A stretch of DNA of 40,846 nt from a bacterium (GCA_040757115.1 JBFLYA010000006.1:1-40846); one strand, 5' to 3'. Positions 1-10,195 are shown, counted from the stretch's first letter. Made by a program: numbers and translations. Notes: a model not told the origin generated them from the letters alone.

Positions 1-119
1 TTTCCACAATCAATTTCTACCTATTTCTATAAATTTCAATCTATTTCTATTATCTTATCTCCATATCACTCTTATCTCCTTATCCCCTTTCTTACACTTT
101 TGATATATAGCCTGAACGG

Positions 120-557
120 TTACAAAATCTCATTAAAGATTTGATGAAGTTTCTGGTCAATATTACCAGTAAAATCTTGATGAGGAATATTTAGATGTTT
201 TAGTACTTTAGAAAACCTTTTGTATCCATTTTCACTTCTTAATTCAACCCATTCTACGCCTAAACTATCCAGTTGTCTTTTATTAGTTTCTGATAATTTA
301 TCAGCCACAAAAATCTTACTTTCCCTTGCGATTACTGCGTCTGCACTTTCTGGGTTACCACGTCCCATCAGTTTCACTTCGCATTTATACTGGTTTTTAC
401 CTTCAACCAGGTGAAAATCAATTTCTCTTTCAAAGTCAACATCATCTACCACTTTACCTTTGATTTTTACAGAATAATTTTTATCAGGCACTCCATATAA
501 TTTGCACAGGGTTTGCATTAACGGTTTTTCTACCCTTTTCCCACCAGTGCTCCACAA
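120..557 (-). CDS. hypothetical protein (145 aa), no recognisable motifs
   Basis: Intact ORF in the six-frame track, co-oriented with and 90 bp downstream of a 65-aa ORF. No family motif recognised by eye. Confidence 0.45.
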   Translation of the reverse strand: MWSTGGKRVEKPLMQTLCKLYGVPDKNYSVKIKGKVVDDVDFEREIDFHLVEGKNQYKCEVKLMGRGNPESADAVIARESKIFVADKLSETNKRQLDSLGVEWVELRSENGYKRFSKVLKHLNIPHQDFTGNIDQKLHQIFNEIL

Positions 558-649
558 TCCACCTCTTAACTCTGCTCGTTTTACGGCGAGAGTATTTATT
601 ACGATTAAACTTTCGCTGACATTTAAATCAACACTTACTCCCTTAAAAT

Positions 650-847
650 TTACTCACTTTCGAATTCTTCGATGAGTTTATCCTGTTTTTGAGCATATTC
701 GATAGGATTGATTGATTTACCATCCATAAAACTTTCATCTTCAAAGCTGATTGCAACCCATCGCCACTGTTTTTTATCATTAATCATACATTTTATAGCT
801 TGAAGATGAACTCCCGTTGAAAATATTGTTAATTCTTTTTTCTTCAT
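650..847 (-). CDS. small hypothetical protein (65 aa)
   Basis: Short ORF immediately upstream of the 145-aa ORF on the same strand. It may form a two-gene cassette with it. Confidence 0.35.
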   Translation of the reverse strand: MKKKELTIFSTGVHLQAIKCMINDKKQWRWVAISFEDESFMDGKSINPIEYAQKQDKLIEEFESE

Positions 848-953
848 CTTAATTGTTTAAAAATTTTTCCACCTGTGCGGTTAGATTAACCTCCCTCACA
901 TCTTTTAAAACCACGAAGAACACGAAGGGCACGAAGAATTATAAACCAAATCG

Positions 954-1202
954 TAACTATTCAGCCCCAGATGGACACGGATGAAACACTAAAAATTCGT
1001 AATCCGTGTCCGTTTTCCGTGTCCGTAATTAGGCTGATGGCTGATGGCTGAAAATTCAGGTATAGTGCCTCGTGTCTCCTCTCCTTCTCCGTTTCTCCCT
1101 TTCTTCGTTTCCCCGTTTCCCCCTTTCCCCTCTGCCCTCTGCCTTCTGCCCTCTGCTATTTATCCGTGCTAATCCGTGTTAATCAGTGGCTGAATAGTTA
1201 CC
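954..1202. mobile_element. MITE-like repeat, family 1: TIRs aactattcagcc / ggctgaatagtt, internal 'cgtgtccg' and 'cctctgccctctgcc' simple repeats
   Basis: Terminal inverted repeats at 955-966 and 1188-1199. A shorter copy lies at 5132-5208 and a partial right end at 20225-20332. No ORF. Confidence 0.55.
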
Positions 1203-1246
1203 CTGCTGTTTTTAATTTAATTCATTAATGTATTCTTTTGTTAGCA

Positions 1247-1828
1247 TCATTTTCTAATCTCCAGCGGTAAATTCTCGGCATAAAATGAAATCGTAATGTC
1301 CCCATATCGCTTTTGCTTTATCAATCTTAAGGATTTAATTATCTCTGGTAAAATCTCCTTTTTATGATGTTCTATCCCTATTATTCCATTTGTATTGAGG
1401 ATTTTATTTTCCGATAGAGCAACAAGTGTTGGAAAACAAAAATTTTTTAAAAAAGGTGGTGCTAAATAGACAATATCAAAACACTCTTTTTTTTGTGATA
1501 AAAATTTTATCGCCTTCAGCACTTCTGTTTTATAAACAAAAGTTTGTTCTTCTGAAAAATCTAAGGATAAGATATTTTGTTTGATGATTTTTACCTGCGA
1601 GGCATTATTTTCGACAAAGACTACCTTTTTTGCACCACGACTTAACGCCTCTAAGCCAATATTTCCTGTGCCTGAATAGAGGTCAAGGAAACAGGCTTGA
1701 TTTACTTTATTGCCCAGAGTATCAAATAACGACGCCTTTACCCGACTTAATGTAGGTCTGGTTGCATATCTATTTTTCGCCTTAACAATTCTACCTTTAG
1801 CCTTACCGGCAATAATTCTCACTTTCAT
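1247..1828 (-). CDS. rsmD: 16S rRNA (guanine966-N2)-methyltransferase RsmD
   Basis: 193 aa. N-terminal RIIAGKAKGR...RPT..RVK..LF..L motif and SAM-binding LDLYSGTGNIGLEALSRGA..VVFVE; a conserved acidic/PPF motif typical of N6/N2 methyltransferases. Confidence 0.88.
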   Translation of the reverse strand: MKVRIIAGKAKGRIVKAKNRYATRPTLSRVKASLFDTLGNKVNQACFLDLYSGTGNIGLEALSRGAKKVVFVENNASQVKIIKQNILSLDFSEEQTFVYKTEVLKAIKFLSQKKECFDIVYLAPPFLKNFCFPTLVALSENKILNTNGIIGIEHHKKEILPEIIKSLRLIKQKRYGDITISFYAENLPLEIRK

Positions 1829-1905
1829 ATTTTACTTAAAAAAATATTTATTGTCAACAAAAATCTTGACTTTCACCCTGTTTTGGCGTATAATCAGATT
1901 AAAAG

Positions 1906-2343
1906 ATGGATAAACCAGATGTTCGTGTTGCCCTCGTCATCCTTAAAGAGGATAAAATTTTGTTAGTTCAACATCAAAAGAAAGGTAGAAAATATTGGCT
2001 TTTGCCTGGTGGCAGGGTAGATTTTGGGGAGTCATTAATTGAGGCACTTGAGAGGGAATTGTTAGAAGAGGCAAATATCAAGGTCAAGGTAGGTAATTTA
2101 CTCTTCATCAGCGATGCTATTTCTCCTGATAATGGTAAAAGGCACATTATCAATATCTTCTTTGAAGGGAAAATAATTGGCGGCGAGTTAAAAATTGGCA
2201 ACGAAGAAATCCTTCAACAAATAGAATTTATCCCGGTGAGTCAATTAGACAAATTGACCTTTTATCCAATGGTGAAAGAAGAATTAAAGGAATGGTTACA
2301 AAAGCGAAAACCTTTAGGTTACCTTGGTAATCGGTGGGAGTAA
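1906..2343 (+). CDS. NUDIX hydrolase
   Basis: Canonical Nudix box GGRVDFGESLIEALERELLEEANI (GX5EX7REUXEEXGU). Size (145 aa) fits a single Nudix domain. Confidence 0.88.
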   Translation: MDKPDVRVALVILKEDKILLVQHQKKGRKYWLLPGGRVDFGESLIEALERELLEEANIKVKVGNLLFISDAISPDNGKRHIINIFFEGKIIGGELKIGNEEILQQIEFIPVSQLDKLTFYPMVKEELKEWLQKRKPLGYLGNRWE

Positions 2344-2345
2344 GG

Positions 2346-2906
2346 ATGAATAATATTATCTTATCAGGTTTTATGGGAAGTGGTAAGACTGCGGTAGGCA
2401 AACAACTATCCTCAAAATTAAATATGGATTTTATCGACCTCGATGATTGGATTGAAGAAGAGGCACAAATGGCTATAAATGAAATATTTGCTAAATTTGG
2501 AGAAGATTATTTCCGAGAATTAGAAAAAGAAATAGTTAAAAAAGCCTGTGAGAGCCTTAAGAATAGTGTTATTTCTACTGGTGGTGGGGTAATATTAAGG
2601 GATGAAAATGTAGAAAATTTACATCGAGCCGGGATAGTAATCTGGCTCAAGGTAAGTCCTGAAAAGGTCTATGAACGCACTAAAGATGCTTCTCATCGCC
2701 CATTATTAAATTGCCCTAACCCGCTTGAAAAGATAAAAAAATTGCTCTCCTTTCGCACACCTTATTATACCGCCGCCGCAGATTTTATTGTGGATACATC
2801 AGATTTAACGGTTGAAGAGGTAGTCTTAAGAATTACCCGGTATTTAAAACTTTGCCCTGGTGTGGTGTTGAGTAAGTTTTGCCCGGAGTATCATCAGGTT
2901 TCGTAA
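2346..2906 (+). CDS. aroK: shikimate kinase
   Basis: Walker A GFMGSGKT(A)VG. The GE.YFRE..E motif and STGGG substrate-binding motif are present. Start chosen at the MNNI ATG, which overlaps the NUDIX stop by only a few nucleotides. The ORF-track start at 2334 is probably upstream extension. Confidence 0.88.
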   Translation: MNNIILSGFMGSGKTAVGKQLSSKLNMDFIDLDDWIEEEAQMAINEIFAKFGEDYFRELEKEIVKKACESLKNSVISTGGGVILRDENVENLHRAGIVIWLKVSPEKVYERTKDASHRPLLNCPNPLEKIKKLLSFRTPYYTAAADFIVDTSDLTVEEVVLRITRYLKLCPGVVLSKFCPEYHQVS

Positions 2907-3061
2907 CCTGCAAACGGATAATTGGTTAAATAGCTTCGTCGTGAGCTCAGCCGAACGGTATTTAATTACCCGTTACCAATCACCAGTTACCAGAATCAAA
3001 TTCCGTGCGTTATTTGTTCACCACAACACTAGCCGGTAGGAGAGAACCCTGCAAGTTTCCA

Positions 3062-4723
3062 TCAGTTTTTAAATACAGCGCCGGTAGAGGCTGAGGTAAC
3101 CTGCTGGGCATAGCGATACAGGTAGCCTTCTTTTATCTTATATTCTGGTATCTGCCAATCTTTAAACCTTTTCTTTATCTCCTCCTCGGATAGTTCTATA
3201 TTTAATCGTTTATTAGGAATATCTATGCTTATCATATCGCCGTCTTTGATGATAGCCATTGTGCCTCCTTCTTGTGCCTCTGGTGAGATATGGCCGATAG
3301 CCGCTCCTCGAGTTCCACCTGAGAATCTACCATCTGTTAGTAAAGCGACATCTTTATCCAGACCTACACCTGCAATAGCCGATGTAGGACCAAGCATCTC
3401 GCGCATCCCGGGACCACCTTTAGGCCCTTCATATCGGATAACCACGACCTGCCCTTTTTCTATTTCCTTGTTCAAGATTGCCTTCATTCCAGATTCTTCA
3501 GAATCAAATACCTTTGCTGGTCCCCGATGGACAAGCATCTCTTGAGCAACAGCTGATTGTTTCACCACCGCCCCTTCTGGAGCAAGGTTACCAAATAAAA
3601 TGGCAATACCACCATCCTTTGAATAAGGTCTGTCAATTGGTCGGATAACATCTTCATTCAAATTTTTAGCATTTTTGATATTATCCATAACTGATTTACC
3701 CGTAGCGGTCAGCAATTCGGTATTAATTAACCCTTTTTTATTTAATTCTGACATTACCGCAGGCACGCCACCAGCTTTATCTAAATCCTCAAGGTGATGT
3801 GTGCCTGCTGGAGAGATTTTACATAGATTTGGGGTGCAACTGCTTATTTCGTTAAACAAATTCAAATCAATCTTTATATTTGCCTCACGAGCAATCGCAG
3901 GAAGATGTAAAACAGTATTAGTCGAACTACCCAGTGCCATTTCTACGGCAATTACATTTCTAAATGCCTCCTGGGTGGCAATATCTCGGGGCAGGATATT
4001 TTTTTCAAGCAATTCCATTATCTTCATTCCAGCAATCTTTGCCAATCTTTTTCGTTTAGCCGATGTCGCCAGAATAGTTCCATTACCTGGCAAACTTAAT
4101 CCTAATGCCTCACTGAGGCAATTCATAGAATTAGCCGTGAACATTCCCGCACAAGAACCACATCCAGGGCAGGCTTCATCTTCTATTTGTTTTAAGTATT
4201 CTTCGGTAATTTTTCCACCAGCATAGGCACCCACATTTTCAAAAACAGTAATCAAATCAAGTGTTTTACCTTGAAAATAACCGGTTAACATTGGTCCACC
4301 ACTGATTAAAATTGATGGAATATTCAGTCGTAACATTGCCATAAGCATTCCTGGTATAATCTTATCACAATTTGGGACTACAACCAGGGCATCAAAAGGA
4401 TATGCCATTCCCATTGCCTCAACAGAATCAGCAATCAATTCCCGTGAGGCTAAAGAATATTTCATCCCTTTATGTCCCATCGCAATACCATCACAGATAC
4501 CAATGGTAGAAAATTCCATTGGAGTGCCACCGGCTAATCGGACGCCTGCTTTTACCGCCTCGACAATATCGTTTAAATGGATATGCCCTGGTATAAGCTC
4601 ATTAGCCGAGTTAGCAATACCAATTATTGGGCGTTGAATCTCCTCATCTGTGTAGCCCATAGCCTTAAATAGTGAGCGATGAGGTGCTCTTTCAAAACCT
4701 TTTTTCATTACATCCGACCTCAT
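3062..4723 (-). CDS. ilvD: dihydroxy-acid dehydratase
   Basis: [33 protein letters not shown]-terminus is diagnostic of IlvD/EDD. Fe-S cysteine motifs ([15 protein letters not shown]) are present. Start taken at internal Met (MRSD) preceded by an aggagg SD. The 42-codon upstream extension in the ORF track starts with TTG and is probably not translated. Confidence 0.92.
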   Translation of the reverse strand: MRSDVMKKGFERAPHRSLFKAMGYTDEEIQRPIIGIANSANELIPGHIHLNDIVEAVKAGVRLAGGTPMEFSTIGICDGIAMGHKGMKYSLASRELIADSVEAMGMAYPFDALVVVPNCDKIIPGMLMAMLRLNIPSILISGGPMLTGYFQGKTLDLITVFENVGAYAGGKITEEYLKQIEDEACPGCGSCAGMFTANSMNCLSEALGLSLPGNGTILATSAKRKRLAKIAGMKIMELLEKNILPRDIATQEAFRNVIAVEMALGSSTNTVLHLPAIAREANIKIDLNLFNEISSCTPNLCKISPAGTHHLEDLDKAGGVPAVMSELNKKGLINTELLTATGKSVMDNIKNAKNLNEDVIRPIDRPYSKDGGIAILFGNLAPEGAVVKQSAVAQEMLVHRGPAKVFDSEESGMKAILNKEIEKGQVVVIRYEGPKGGPGMREMLGPTSAIAGVGLDKDVALLTDGRFSGGTRGAAIGHISPEAQEGGTMAIIKDGDMISIDIPNKRLNIELSEEEIKKRFKDWQIPEYKIKEGYLYRYAQQVTSASTGAVFKN

Positions 4724-5131
4724 AAATATTTTCCTCCTTTTTATTAAGTGAATAGAGTTCTGCAAAACTAAGAAACTGTAGTTTTTAAGCGGGTATTTAA
4801 AACCTCTATTTTTATCAATTCCCTCCAAAGAGCAAAATGCAAAAAGCAAATATAAAAATTACATATCAAAATGTAAAATTATCTCTTTCCTTTCAGCGTT
4901 AAAATACTTGAAGCAAAGATATTACCAAATTCCTCCAACTCTTTGAGAAACACTATCCTTTGGCAACTTATCGATGAATTCTATAAGTCGCAGAGTAAAG
5001 TTATATAGTCTTTTCTTGAAGTCCTTTTTGAAATTTGATTTGTAATTTTGCATTTTGATATTTGAATTTTTATCTCTAATTTCAGGTCTAACTCTCAGTT
5101 ATCTCCCCCAAATCCTATTTTGCAGAACCCT

Positions 5132-5208
5132 AACTATTCAGCCACAGAGGGACACAGATGAAACACTGAAAATTCGTAATCCGTGTCAATCAGTGGTTGA
5201 ATACTGTT
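5132..5208. mobile_element. MITE-like repeat, family 1 (short copy, ~77 bp)
   Basis: aactattcagcc...cagtggttgaatactgtt shares termini and the 'gatgaaacact(g/a)aaaattcgtaatccgtgtc' core with 954-1202. It overlaps the 3' end of the 391-aa gene. Confidence 0.5.
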
Positions 5209-6382
5209 ATCCTTCTTTTCTTGGTATAGTTAAGATAAATTCACTCTCTATAACCTCAAGTAGCACATCTTTACCAGTAGTCTTTTTTACAGATTCTATT
5301 ATTCTTTGTATTCCAGTTCCTATATCTGTTACAAATCCCATCTTGCCAAGTAAGTTATATATTGTTGGGTTTCTTACCACATGGGCTCCACCTATTTTAA
5401 TGTTTTCAATACTGACGCTATTAGGTAATTTGCCTGGGCTATGAAACTCTATCCTGTTAGTAAATATAAATATCCGAATAGGAGCACTAATAGTATAATC
5501 CCTATGGGCTACTGCATTAACAAGGGCTTCTCTTAAGACAAAATCTTCAATCTCAGGATATTTTTCATTTTCAAGTCCTTTTATAATATGTTTTTCTTTT
5601 ATGTAAATCTTTAGAAATCGCATACAATCCTCAAGTATTTGTGGAACTTTACCGTCAAACTTTTTTAGATCAGATGGTGGAATAGCCATATCATCTCCAT
5701 CTATATAAGCAGTAACTATGTATGAAGTTGGAATATAAAATTGAGGGTTTTCTCCAAAAAACAGAATTCCTGCAAGGGTTGGTTTTTTGTTTTTTGAAAG
5801 CGATTTTATATTAATTAAATACGGTATTAAATCTTTATCTTTTACTTTTAGAGGGAAATACCTTTCTAAAAATTTTTTAGCATAATCAGTATCAATATCT
5901 TTAATACTTGCTCTTGAAATTTCAATCTCATCGTAGTATATACTTTCAGTAGCCTGGAAAAGGCGCAGAAGTTCTTGTCTTCCTGCCTGCCTGCATCTAT
6001 TGGCACTTCGTATGTAATATAATCCTCTTCCAGTTCTGTAAGGTCTTTGATCCCCTTTAGGAACATTCACTATTATTATATTTTTCTCAACAACTACTAA
6101 TGACTCAGTTACAACAGTACAAGGCGGTTCACATCTATTAAAGGCAACATCATCAATTTTCCTTATAGTTTCATCCAGTTCTTCCCTTTCTAATCCAACA
6201 ATTTCACCATTATCACGAACACCTATAATTATTTGACCTCCGTCTGTATTTGCAAAACAAACAATACTTTTTGCAAGTTCTTCATTATCAGTAAGTTTTT
6301 CTTTGAAATCGGTATGTAAATCCTCGCCTTTTAGGATTCTTTCTCTAAGTTCATTCATCATGTTTCTCCTTTGATTGACCAC
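5207..6382 (-). CDS. putative transcriptional regulator with AlbA_2 (Schlafen-like divergent AAA) N-domain and RecG-C-like HATPase_c_4/HTH C-domain
   Basis: N-terminus ELRERILKGEDLHTDFKEKLTDNEELAKSIVCFANTDGGQIIIGVRDNGEIVG matches the AlbA_2 consensus (E..EFK.....AK.I.AFAN..GG.I..GV.D.G). C-terminal ~150 aa (REALVNAVAHRDY...PG.LP) matches the RecG C-terminal-like regulator domain. Confidence 0.7.
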   Translation of the reverse strand: MVNQRRNMMNELRERILKGEDLHTDFKEKLTDNEELAKSIVCFANTDGGQIIIGVRDNGEIVGLEREELDETIRKIDDVAFNRCEPPCTVVTESLVVVEKNIIIVNVPKGDQRPYRTGRGLYYIRSANRCRQAGRQELLRLFQATESIYYDEIEISRASIKDIDTDYAKKFLERYFPLKVKDKDLIPYLINIKSLSKNKKPTLAGILFFGENPQFYIPTSYIVTAYIDGDDMAIPPSDLKKFDGKVPQILEDCMRFLKIYIKEKHIIKGLENEKYPEIEDFVLREALVNAVAHRDYTISAPIRIFIFTNRIEFHSPGKLPNSVSIENIKIGGAHVVRNPTIYNLLGKMGFVTDIGTGIQRIIESVKKTTGKDVLLEVIESEFILTIPRKEG

Positions 6383-6429
6383 TGCCCACTAACCACTGTT
6401 CACTGACCATTTCTTGTATTGCGATTTCA

Positions 6430-7323
6430 CTACTCCAGCACTATCTTCATATAAGCCTTTTCTTTTAATTTATTTATCCAGCGGGTGAATTCTTCATTAA
6501 ATTTTACCTGTCTTAATTTTGTTTCTTGTGTTTTTACTACTTCCTCCAATTGTTCTTCGTCTAACTCTTTTTTTTCTACAAGTTGAATGATATGAAATCC
6601 AAATTTAGTCTCGACTATTCCGCTTATTTCACCTGGTCTTTTTAAAGCAAACGCCGTCTCTGAAAATTCTTTAACCATCTGGCTTTTAGTGAAAAATTCA
6701 ATCATTCCACCCTTATTTTTACTGCCGGGGTCAATAGAGTAATTTTGAGCTAAGTCTTCAAATTTTTCACCTCTCTCTAATCGGGCAAGGATGAGGATTG
6801 CCTCTGGTTTAGTTTTCACCAGGATATGCCTAACTTTAAACTGATGAGAAAATTCATTTCTGATTTGAGCAATTTCATCTACGGACACCTGAATATTTGA
6901 CCATACCTCACTTTCTACTAACTCTTTTTTTATTAAACTTTCTTCATATTCCCGACGAAGGTCATCTTCTGAAAGTCCTTCTAACTCAATAGCCTTTTTA
7001 AATTCATTAATAGATTTGAATTGTTTTTTAACCTTATTGAGTGCTTCTTCGAGCTCTGCAGGGGATATTGTAATTTTTTGTCTTTTAGCCTCTTGTAAAA
7101 TAAGTTTTTCTTCAATTAATTTATCCAACACCTGCTGTTGTAATTTATTCATTTGTTCAGGAGTAAGGTTTGTCTCTATTGCACTCATCGCCTTATCTAT
7201 TTCTGTTTGAGTAATTATATCCTCATTTATCCAGGCAACAATACGGTTAACGGTTTTTGCCTCAGCAAGATAACCTCCTGTAAAAGTTATAATTAAAGAA
7301 AAGATAATATATTTAGATTTCAA
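6430..7323 (-). CDS. SurA/PrsA-like peptidyl-prolyl cis-trans isomerase (parvulin/PpiC type) with signal peptide
   Basis: C-terminal rotamase domain FKVRHILVK...GG.IEFFTKSQMVKEF...GEISGIVETKFGFHIIQL. An N-terminal hydrophobic signal lies after a TTG start preceded by aaggag. The ORF-track extension to 7413 runs through a ggtaactgg repeat and is unlikely to be coding. Confidence 0.78.
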   Translation of the reverse strand: MKSKYIIFSLIITFTGGYLAEAKTVNRIVAWINEDIITQTEIDKAMSAIETNLTPEQMNKLQQQVLDKLIEEKLILQEAKRQKITISPAELEEALNKVKKQFKSINEFKKAIELEGLSEDDLRREYEESLIKKELVESEVWSNIQVSVDEIAQIRNEFSHQFKVRHILVKTKPEAILILARLERGEKFEDLAQNYSIDPGSKNKGGMIEFFTKSQMVKEFSETAFALKRPGEISGIVETKFGFHIIQLVEKKELDEEQLEEVVKTQETKLRQVKFNEEFTRWINKLKEKAYMKIVLE

Positions 7324-7329
7324 TTTTAG

Positions 7330-7740
7330 TCTCCTTATAATTGGTAACTGGTAACTGGTAACTGGTGAATGGTGATTAGTGCTCTGTTGCCATTCAAGTG
7401 ATTGATTGGCCATTGTCCCCCGCTGGCGGGGGTCTTATCGTTACCCACATCTTTTACTGGACAATGTTATTAACTATGCATTCATTCACAATTCACCATT
7501 CACAATTTTTTCCCTAAATTTCCTTAATAATGATGAATGGTGAATTATCAATTGTCAATTATTAAAACCCCTTTCTTCTCACGCTTCACGGTGTCCACTA
7601 AAACTTGTGGGTAACGATAAGGGCGGGGGTAGGGGGGTGGATTTTTCTATTTCAGATTTCATATTCCACCCTATTACCCCCGCCAGGGGACATCAATTGA
7701 GTAGCGACAGAGCATTAGTCACCAATTTTTAAATTCGTGA
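7330..7740. repeat. complex nested inverted-repeat region (ggtaactgg tandem, ~65-bp outer arms around cccgctggcggggg cores, inner cattcacaat palindromes)
   Basis: 7372-7440 is approximately the reverse complement of 7660-7735. 7421-7440 is approximately the reverse complement of 7603-7622. The internal 7440-7600 segment is itself partly palindromic. Confidence 0.6.
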
Positions 7741-8110
7741 AGCCCTATAGAGTATTATAATATCAAAATCTATATTAATTGTCAATTTATTTTTTATCTT
7801 GACATTTACAGATTTATCTGATAGGCTAATTATAGCAGTTATTAGTCAAAATTTACTCAGAGTGGATAAGTAAAAAATCCCAAATCCCAAGCACCAAATC
7901 TCAAATAAGCACCCAATTTCAACTAATAAATACCAAACTATGGGGGGGTAATGTTTTGAATTTTGGTCATTCGAATTTGTTTGGAATTTGGAATTTGTGA
8001 TTTGGAATTTCAGAGCCATATCTATGTCAAATTTCGATTAATAACTGCTATAGTAGTCATTAGTTTTTGCTTTCTGATGGCTGAACACTTAGAATAGAGG
8101 AGTATAAATT

Positions 8111-9109
8111 ATGGGTATAACTTACAAATCAGCCGGGGTAGATATTAATGCGGGAAATGAATTGGTCCGTCGCATTAAAAAACTACCAACCAAAATTAGA
8201 GGTTCTACCTGGCAAGTTATTGGTGGGATTGGTGGGTTTAGTGGCTTATTTGAACTTGATTTCAAAAAATATAAAGAACCAGTTTTAGTCAGTAGTTGTG
8301 ATGGCGTTGGGACGAAAATCAAAATTGCTCAAAAACTAAATCAACATAGAGGTATGGGGATTGATTTAGTGGCAATGTGTGTCAATGACCTGGTTACCTG
8401 CGGGGCACAATCTTTATTTTTCCTGGATTACCTGAGTTTTGGTAAATTAAACCTTACTGTTGCTCAAGAAATACTGGAGGGAATTGTTGAAGGCTGTAAT
8501 CAAGCAGATTGTGCCTTGTTAGGCGGAGAAACTGCTGAAATGCCTGCGGTCTATTCGCCTGATGAGTATGATTTAGCTGGTTTTGCCGTCGGAGTAGTTG
8601 AGAAAGGAAATTTAATCGATGGAAACCAGATAGCTATTGACGATGCCATTATTGGTATTGCCTCCTCGGGCTTACATAGTAATGGTTTTTCATTAGTGCG
8701 GAAGGTATTTGAACAAGATATGGAAACTTTCAAAGATGAACTCCTTAAACCAACCAGGATTTATGTAAAGTCTATTTTGACACTCAAGGAAAGTTTTAAC
8801 TTAAAGGGTATTGCCCATATCACGGGTGGTGGATTTTTAGATAATATCCCACGCATCCTGCCTGAAGGCACAAAAGCAGTGATTAGAAGAAATTCATGGG
8901 AAGTACCGTGGATTTTTAATGAGATTCAAAATAGAGGTGAAATTCAAGACCTTGAGATGTATCGAACATTTAATATGGGTATTGGAATGGTCATTATCGT
9001 TTCCGAAAAAGAGTTTTCCTCTGCTATGAAAAAATTAGACAGCTTGAGTGAAAAAACCTATTTAATCGGCCAGATAAAAGCAGGTAATAATGAAGTAGAA
9101 TTCAGGTAA
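8111..9109 (+). CDS. purM: phosphoribosylformylglycinamidine cyclo-ligase (AIR synthetase)
   Basis: Glycine-rich N-terminal motif (IGGIGGFSGLFE), a conserved DGVGTK motif and PurM-like C-terminal domain. Length (332 aa) is typical. Confidence 0.93.
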   Translation: MGITYKSAGVDINAGNELVRRIKKLPTKIRGSTWQVIGGIGGFSGLFELDFKKYKEPVLVSSCDGVGTKIKIAQKLNQHRGMGIDLVAMCVNDLVTCGAQSLFFLDYLSFGKLNLTVAQEILEGIVEGCNQADCALLGGETAEMPAVYSPDEYDLAGFAVGVVEKGNLIDGNQIAIDDAIIGIASSGLHSNGFSLVRKVFEQDMETFKDELLKPTRIYVKSILTLKESFNLKGIAHITGGGFLDNIPRILPEGTKAVIRRNSWEVPWIFNEIQNRGEIQDLEMYRTFNMGIGMVIIVSEKEFSSAMKKLDSLSEKTYLIGQIKAGNNEVEFR

Positions 9110-9164
9110 TCAGTAATGCGTCAGTCATTTGGGGAAATGAACATTAACCTGCGGAGGACAGAGC

Positions 9165-9300
9165 AATGAAAATAGTAGGCAAGTAGGTAGTAGGTAAGTA
9201 GGAAAGGGATAAAGGATGTGCACGGTATTCCTCTTCTGGGGGTAATGTCTCCTCCTTTCCTACTCTCCTACTTCCTACTTTCAGGAGAATCCCCCATTTC
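9165..9300. repeat. palindromic 'gtaggaagt / acttcctac' repeat element
   Basis: aagtaggtagtaggtaagtaggaaaggg ... cctttcctactctcctacttcctact forms an imperfect hairpin. Related motifs occur at 10375-10430, 15700-15740, 19795-19925 and inside the CDS at 33170-33225. Confidence 0.55.
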
Positions 9301-9348
9301 ACTGACCCATTACGGTAATCGGTAATACTGATTACCTGATTTCCAAAA

Positions 9349-10170
9349 CTACTTATGAGGGGAGACATCAATAAAGGGCACAGGTCCTCCACCAACATAT
9401 TGAGGTAAAACACCATTCCATTTTTCGATTGCGGCCATTTGAGCCTCTATTTTGCGTAATTCTACCAATTGAGGTGTAACTTGTTCTTTTTGGAGTCGGA
9501 GTGCTTCTGCCTGGGCTTGTGCTTGAGCGACTTTTTGTTCTGCCTCAGTCTTAATCCGCTCTAAATCCCGTTTTGCTTTCAAAGCCAGTTGTTCAGCCTG
9601 TTGTTTTGCTTCAATGGCGGCATTAAAATCGGCACTAAAATTAAAATCAGTAATTGAAACCGCATCTACTACCAAATACTTTTCTTTTAACCGAACATCC
9701 AATAATTGTTCTACCTGTTGTTTGACTTCTTCTCGTTTCTGGACAAGTTCTTCAGCAGTAAATCTTGCCGTCACGGCTTTGACTGATTCCTGAATAGCCG
9801 GGTCAACTATTCTACTTTCAAAATCAGGTCCTATTTCTTGCCACAATTTATTAACCATTATCGGATTTAACCCATAGTTTAGGGCAATTTCTGTGCTAAC
9901 GGTTTGTAAATCTTTACTTGCGGCACTGGCTCTACTTTCACGCTTCCTTACTTTTACATCGACCAATATTACCTTTTCTATTATTGGAATTTTGAAATTT
10001 AGCCCTTCATTCTTTATTGAATCTTGCACCGCACCAAATCTTGTTACAACACCACGCTCACCAGGTCCAACGATGACAAATGGATTAAGTGTCATCAGAA
10101 GCATCAGAAGAACAAACCCCACAACGCCAAATTTAATTAAATGCTCTACACCTTTGTCTGATTTTACCAT
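9349..10170 (-). CDS. SPFH/band-7 (prohibitin/HflC-like) membrane protein
   Basis: N-terminal TM helix, then V..GERGVVTRFG...GLNFKIP.IE.V..VDV core and a long C-terminal coiled coil rich in AEQKVAQAQAQAEA. Confidence 0.88.
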   Translation of the reverse strand: MVKSDKGVEHLIKFGVVGFVLLMLLMTLNPFVIVGPGERGVVTRFGAVQDSIKNEGLNFKIPIIEKVILVDVKVRKRESRASAASKDLQTVSTEIALNYGLNPIMVNKLWQEIGPDFESRIVDPAIQESVKAVTARFTAEELVQKREEVKQQVEQLLDVRLKEKYLVVDAVSITDFNFSADFNAAIEAKQQAEQLALKAKRDLERIKTEAEQKVAQAQAQAEALRLQKEQVTPQLVELRKIEAQMAAIEKWNGVLPQYVGGGPVPFIDVSPHK

Positions 10171-10195
10171 TTTTTTTCACCTCCTTTAGTTTGGT

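Noticed and set aside
2334-2345. Upstream start (MGVRM) for aroK and long N-terminal extensions of ilvD (to 4849) and the surA-like gene (to 7413)
   Set aside because: Internal Met/TTG starts with better SD sequences and conserved N-termini (MNNIILSGFMG; MRSDV; signal peptide after TTG) are more plausible. The extensions run through repeats or overlap upstream genes.
2907-3061. Searched intergenic gaps (2907-3061, 9110-9348, 18280-18622, 19280-19496) for tRNA/SRP/RNase P/tmRNA signatures
   Set aside because: No cloverleaf-compatible sequences, GTTCRANYC T-loop motifs or conserved ncRNA boxes were recognisable by eye. Absence is not proof, and a covariance-model scan is needed.
3801-4226. Multiple 60-140-aa ORFs antisense to ilvD, pckG and the giant genes (e.g. 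3225-3545, 3801-4226, 21723-22070, 34622-34921)
   Set aside because: They are embedded in opposite-strand long CDSs with strong homology-supported reading frames, and are typical shadow ORFs.
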